A stretch of 64,000 nucleotides of DNA from Macrostomum lignano (Eukaryota), in NCBI GenBank assembly GCA_002269645.1, contig NIVC01001067.1, positions 93,287 through 157,286 of the forward strand, read 5' to 3'. A program made the translations under genes and the position numbers. Below, in pieces: positions 57,501-64,000 of this stretch (position 1 is its first letter; each line of letters begins with the position of its first letter). Under the pieces are notes generated by a model, which saw nothing but the letters and a program-made list of their open reading frames with translations, was not told the DNA's origin and did not search any database.

Positions 57501-60500
57501 CCACCAAGAGACGGGGCGCCCACCAAGAGACAGGGGCGCCCACCAAGAGACAGGAGGCGCCCACCAAGAGACAGGGGCGTCCACCAAGAGACAGGACCCG
57601 CCACCAAGAGACAGAATGTGCCCACCAAGAGACAGGGCGCCCACCAAGAGACAGCTAGGGGCGTCCACCAAGAGACAGAGCGCCCACCAAGAGACAGGGC
57701 CGCCCACCAAGAGACAGAAGGTGCCCACCAAGAGACAGGAGGCGCCCACCAAGAGACAGAGCGCCCACCAAGAGACAGGGCGCCCACCAAGAGACAGCTA
57801 GGGGCGTCCACCAAGAGACAGGAGGCGCCCACCAAGAGACAGGGGCGCCCACCAAGAGACAGGGGCGCCACCAAGAGACAGGGCGCCCACCAAGAGACAG
57901 AATGTGCCACCAAGAGACAGAGGCGCCCACCAAGAGACAGCTAGGGGCGTCCACCAAGAGACAGGGGCGCCCACCAAGAGCCAGGGGCGCCCACAAGAGA
58001 CAGGGGCGTCCACCAAGAGACAGGGGCGCCCACCAAGAGACAGAATGTGCCCACCAAGAGACAGGAGGCGCCCAACAGGAGGCGCCCACCAAGAGACAGG
58101 ACGCGCCCACCAAGAGACAGCTAGGGGCGTCCACCAAGAGACAGGGGCGCCCACCAAGAGACAGGGGCGCCCACGAAGAGACAGGGGCGCCCACCAAGAA
58201 ACAGGGGCGCCCACCAAGAGACAGGGGCGCCCACCAAGAGACAGAGCGCCCACCAAGGACAGGGCGCCCACCAAGAGACAGAGGTGCCCACCAAGAGACA
58301 GAGGCGCCACCAAGAGACAGAGCGCCCACCAAGAGACAGGGGCGCCCAACAAGAGACAGGGGCGCCCACAAGAGACAGGGGCGCCCACCAAGAACAGGGG
58401 CGCCCACCAAGAGACAGGGGCGCCCACCAAGAGACAGAGCGCCCACCAAGAGACAGGGCCGCCCACCAAGAGACAGAAGGTGCCCACCAAGAGACAGGAG
58501 GCGCCCACCAAGAGACAGAGCGCCCACCAAGAGACAGGGCGCCCACCAAGAGACAGCTAGGGGCGTCCACCAAGAGACAGGAGGCGCCCACCAAGAGACA
58601 GGGGCGCCCACCAAGAGACAGGGGCCCACCAAGAGACAGGGCCCCACCAAGAGACAGAATGTGCCCACCAAGAGACAGGAGGCGCCCACCAAGAGACAGC
58701 TAGGGGCGTCCACCAAGAGACAGGGGCGCCCACCAAGAGCCAGAGCGCCCACCAAGAGACAGGGCGACCACCAAGAGACAGGGGCGCCCACCAAGAGACA
58801 GGGCGCCCACCAAGAGACAGAGGCGCCCACCAAGAGACAGGAGGCGCCCACCAAGAGACAGGGCGCCCACCAAGAGACAGGGCGCCCACCAAGAGACAGG
58901 GCGCCACCAAGAGACAGGGCGCCCACCAAGAGACAGAGGCCCACCAAGAGACAGGAGGCGCCCACCAAGAGACAGCTAGGGGCGTCCACCAAGAGACAGG
59001 GCCGCCACCAAGAGACAGGGGCGCCCACCAAGAGACAGGGCGCCCACCAAGAGACAGCTAGGGGCGTCCACCAAGAGACAGAGGCGCCCACCAAGAGACA
59101 GGAGGCGCCCACCAAGAGACAGGGGCGTCCACCAAGAGACAGGGCGCCCACCAAGAGACAGAATGTGCCCACCAAGAGACAGGGCGCCCACCAAGAGACA
59201 GCTAGGGGCGTCCACCAAGAGACAGAGCGCCCACCAAGAGACAGGGCGCCCACCAAGAGACAGAGGTGCCCACCAAGAGACAGGGGCGCCCACCAAGAGA
59301 CAGAGCGCCCACCAAGAGACAGGGCGCCCACCAAGAGACAGCTAGGGGCGTCCACCAAGAGACAGGAGGCGCCCACCAAGAGACAGGAGGCGCCACCAAG
59401 AGACGGGGCGCCACCAAGAGACAGGGGCGCCCACCAAGAGACAGGGGCGCCACCAAGAGACAGGGCGCCCACCAAGAGACAGAATGTGCCCACCAAGAGA
59501 CAGGGCGCCCACCAAGAGACAGCTAGGGGCGTCCACCAAGAGACAGGGGCGCCCACCAAGAGCCAGGGGCGCCACCAAGAGACAGGGGCGCCCACCAAGA
59601 GACAGGGGCGCCCACCAAGAGACAGAATGTGCCCACCAAGAGACAGGAGGCGCCCAACAGGAGGCGCCCACCAAGAGACAGGACGCGCCCACCAAGAGAC
59701 AGGGGCGCCCACCAAGAGACAGGGGCGCCCACCAAGAGACAGGGGCGCCCACCAAGAACAGGGGCGCCCACCAAGAGACAGGGGCGCCCACCAAGAGACA
59801 GAGCGCCCACCAAGACAGGGCGCCCACCAAGAGACAGAAGGTGCCCACCAAGAGACAGGAGGCGCCCACCAAGAGACAGAGCGCCCACCAAGAGACAGGG
59901 CGCCCACCAAGAGACAGCTAGGGGCGTCCACCAAGAGACAGGAGGCGCCCACCAAGAGACAGGGGCGCCCACCAAGAGACAGGGGCGCCCACCAAGAGAC
60001 AGGGCGCCACCAAGAGACAGGAGGCGCCCACCAAGAGACAGGAGGCGCCCACCAAGAGACAGCTAGGGGCGTCCACCAAGAGACAGGGGCGCCCACCAAG
60101 AGCCAGAGCGCCACCAAGAGACAGGGCGCCACCAAGAGACAGGAGGCGCCCACCAAGAGACAGGGCGCCCACCAAGAGACAGAATGGCCCACCAAGAGAC
60201 AGGAGGCGCCCACCAAGAGACAGCTAGGGGCGTCCACCAAGAGACAGGGGCGCCCACCAAGAGCCAGAGCGCCCACCAAGAGACAGAATGTGCCCACCAA
60301 GAGACAGGAGGCGCCCACCAAGAGACAGCTAGGGGCGTCCACCAAGAGACAGGGGCGCCCACCAAGAGCAGAGCGCCACCAAGAGACAGGGCGCCACCAA
60401 GAGACAGGGGCGCCCACCAAGAGACAGGGCGCCACCAAGAGACAGGAGGCGCCCACCAAGAGACAGGGGCGTCCACCAAGAGACAGGGCGCCCACCAAGA

Positions 60501-63500
60501 GACAGCTAGGGGCGTCCACCAAGAGACAGGAGGCGCCCACCAAGAGACAGGGGCGCCCACCAAGAGACAGGGGCGCCCACCAAGAGACAGGGCGCCCACC
60601 AAGAGACAGGGGCGCCCACCAAGAGACAGGGCGCCCACCAAGAGACAGCAGGGGCGTCCACCAAGAGACAGGCGCCCACCAAGAGACAGGGCGCCCACCA
60701 AGAGACAGGGCGCCACCAAGAGACAGAGGGCCCACCAAGAGACAGAGCGCCCACAAGAGACAGGGCGCCACCAAGAGACAGCTAGGGGCGTCCACCAAGA
60801 GACAGGGGCGCCCACCAAGAGACAGAGCGCCCACCAAGAGACAGGAGGCGCCCACAGGAGGCGCCCACCAAGAGACAGGACGCGCCCACCAAGAGACAGC
60901 TAGGGGCGTCCACCAAGAGACAGGGGGGCCACCAAGAGACAGGAGGCGCCCACCAAGAGACAGCTAGGGGCGTCCACCAAGAGACAGGGCGCCCACCAAG
61001 AGACAGGGGCGCCCACCAAGAGACAGGGCGCCCACCAAGAGACAGCTAGGGGCGTCCACCAAGAGACAGGAGGCGCCCACCAAGAGACGGGGGCGCCCAC
61101 CAAGAGACAGGGGCGCCCACCAAGAGACAGGGGCGCCCACCAAGAGACAGGGGCGTCCACCAAGAGACAGGGCGCCCACCAAGAGACAGGGGCGCCCACC
61201 AAGAGACAGCTAGGGCGCCACCAAGAGACAGGGGCGCCCACCAAGAGACAGGGGCGCCCACCAAGAGACAGGGCGCCCACCAAGAGACAGCTAGGGGCGT
61301 CCACCAAGAGACGAGGCGCCCACCAAGAGACGGGGCGCCCACCAAGAGACAGGGCGCCCACCAAGAGACAGGAGGCGCCCACCAAGAGACAGGGGCGTCC
61401 ACCAAGAGACAGGGCGCCCACCAAGAGACAGAGGCCCACCAAGAGACAGGGCGCCCACCAAGAGACAGCTAGGGGCGTCCACCAAGAGACAGAGCGCCCA
61501 CCAAGAGACAGGGCGCCCACAAGAGACAGGGTGCCCACCAAGAGACAGGAGGCGCCCACCAAGAGACAGAGCGCCCACCAAGAGACAGGGCGCCCACCAA
61601 GAGACAGCTAGGGGCGTCCACCAAGAGACAGGGGCGCCCACCAAGAGACAGGGCGCCCACCAAGAGACAGGGGCGCCCACCAAGAGACAGGGCGCCCACC
61701 AAGAGACAGATGTGCACCAAGAGACAGGGCGCCCACCAAGAGACAGCTAGGGCGTCCACCAAGAGACAGGGGCGCCCACCAAGAGACAGGGGCGCCCACA
61801 AGAGACAGGGGCGTCCACCAAGAGACAGGGGCGCCCACCAAGAGACAGAATGCCCACCAAGAGACAGGAGGCGCCCAACAGGAGGCGCCCACCAAGAGAC
61901 AGGACGCGCCCACCAAGAGACAGCTAGGGCGTCCACCAAGAGACAGGGGCGCCACCAAGAGACAGGGGCGCCACCAAGAGACAGGGGCGCCCACCAAGAG
62001 ACAGGGCGCCACCAAGAGACAGGGGCGCCACCAAGAGACAGAGCGCCCACCAAGAGACAGGGCGCCCACCAAGAGACAGAGGTGCCCACCAAGAGACAGA
62101 GGCGCCACCAAGAGACAGAGCGCCCACCAAGAGACAGCTAGGGGCGTCCACCAAGAGACAGGAGGCGCCCACCAAGAGACAGGGGCGCCCACCAAGAGAC
62201 AGGGGCGCCCACCAAGAGACAGGGGCGCCCACCAAGAGACAGGGCGCCCACCAAGAGACAGAGTGCCCACCAAGAGACAGGAGGCGCCCACCAAGAGACA
62301 GCTAGGGCGTCCACCAAGAGACAGGGGCGCCACCAAGAGACAGGGGCGCCCACAAGAGACAGGGCGCACCAAGAGACAGAGGCGCCCACCAAGAGACAGG
62401 AGGCGCCCACAGGAGGCGCCCACCAAGAGACAGGACGCGCCCACCAAGAGACAGCTAGGGGCGTCCACCAAGAGACAGGGGCGCCCACCAAGAGACAGGG
62501 GCGCCCACCAAGAGACAGGGGCGCCCACCAAGAACAGGGGCGCCCACAAGAGACAGGGGCGCCCACCAAGAGACAGGAGCGCCCACCAAGAGACAGGGGC
62601 GCCACCAAGAGACAGGGGCCCACCAAGAGACAGGAGGCGCCCACCAAGAGACAGAGGCGCCCACCAAGAGACAGGGCGCCCACCAAGAGACAGCTAGGGG
62701 CGTCCACCAAGAGACAGGAGGCGCCCACCAAGAGACAGGGGCGCCCACCAAGAGACAGGGGCACCCACCAAGAGACAGGGCGCCCACCAAGAGACAGAGG
62801 GGCGTCCACCAAGAGACAGGAGGCGCCCACCAAGAGACAGGGGCGCCCACCAAGAGACAGGGGCGCCCACCAAGAGACAGGGCGCCCACCAAGAGACAGG
62901 GGCGCCACCAAGAGACAGGGCGCCCACCAAGAGACAGCTAGGGGCGTCCACCAAGAGACAGAGCGCCCACCAAGAGACAGGGCGCCCACCAAGAGACAGG
63001 GCGCCCACCAAGAGACAGGGGCACCAAGAGACAGAGCGCGCCACACAAGAGACAGGGCGCCCACCAAGAGACAGCTAGGGCGTCCACCAAGAGACAGGGG
63101 CGTCCACCAAAGACAGAGCGCCCACCAAGAGACAGGGGCGCCCAACAGGAGGCGCCCACCAAGAGACAGGACGCGCCCACCAAGAGACACTAGGGCCCCA
63201 CCAAGAGACAGGGGGGCCACCAAGAGACAGGAGCGCCACACAAGAGACAGCTAGGGGCGTCCACCAAGAGACAGGGCCGCGCCACCAAGAGACAGGGCGC
63301 CCACCAAGAGACAGGGCGCCCACCAAGAGACAGCTAGGGCGTCCACCAAGAGACAGGAGGCGCCCACCAAGAGACAGGGCGCCCACCAAGAGACAGGGGC
63401 GCCACCAAGAGACAGGAGGCGCCCACCAAGAGACAGGGGCGCCACACAAGAGACAGGGGCGCCCACCAAGAGACAGGAGGCGCCCACCAAGAGACAGCTA

Positions 63501-64000
63501 GGCGTCCACCAAGAGACAGGAGGCGCCCACAAGAACAGGGGCGCCCACAAGAGACAGAGGCGCCCACCAAGAGACCAGAAGGGGCGCCCACCAAGAGACA
63601 GAGGCGCCACCAAGAGACGGGGGCGCCCACAAGAGACAGTGGGCGCCCACCAAGAGACAGGAGGCGCCCACCAAGAGACAGGGGCGTCCACCAAGAGACA
63701 GGACGCCCACCAAGAGACAGAATGTGCGCCACCAAGAGACAGGGCGCCCACAAGAGACAGCTAGGGGCGTCCACCAAGAGACAGAGCCCCACAAGAGACA
63801 GGGGCCGTCCACAAGAGACAGAAGGGCGCCCACAAGAGACAGGCAGCGCCCACAAGAGACAGAGGCGCCCACCAAGAGACAGGGCGCCCACCAAGAGACA
63901 GCTAGGGGCGTCCACCAAGAGACAGAGGCGCCCACAAGAGACAGGGGCGCCCACAAGAGACAGGGCGCCACAAGAGACAGGGCCGCCCACCAAGAGACAG
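51528..64000. repeat. >12.4-kb satellite: ~20-bp units with constant core CCACCAAGAGACAG and variable 4-10-nt linkers; runs off the window end
   Basis: Directly visible; all ORFs here are repeat translations. Confidence 0.98.

Noticed and set aside
51292-63993. Dozens of long ORFs (up to 1066 aa) in the satellite
   Set aside because: They are translations of a ~20-bp repeat lacking stops in some frames; no domain content.
51528-64000. CRISPR-like look (constant repeat plus variable spacer)
   Set aside because: The spacers are only 4-10 nt, drawn from a few recurring variants; the context is eukaryotic and there are no cas genes.

Overview
Eukaryotic (metazoan) genomic DNA, not prokaryotic. 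Introns are stuffed with micro- and minisatellites and the proteins are Q-rich; this style suggests a flatworm such as Macrostomum (inference, not verified). Genes built by hand from GT-AG splice sites and frame continuity: intronless Derlin-1 (+), 5-exon NudE/NDE1 (+), class-2 DYRK kinase (-), PFTAIRE/CDK14 kinase (-), a secreted IL-17-like cystine-knot protein (-), an Nkx2.2-type homeobox gene (+), a 2-TM orphan ORF and a frameshifted secreted PAN-like/F-type-lectin gene. Mobile DNA: a full-length single-ORF Ingi-like LINE (20811-25346, -, APE-RT-RNase H-CCHC, 12-bp TSD), two non-autonomous elements with 8-bp TSDs (one nested in the LINE RNase H) and an RTE fragment. The last 12.5 kb is a ~20-bp satellite. 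Most notable: the LINE begins with a sequence that folds into a complete HDV-like ribozyme. That is followed by an N-terminal peptide, MHTVLRLRGG, which matches the ubiquitin C-terminus (8/10) at the position where L1Tc carries a 2A peptide. This could be a ribozyme plus deubiquitinase-cleavage expression module. Most long ORFs in the supplied track are translated tandem repeats and are not genes.
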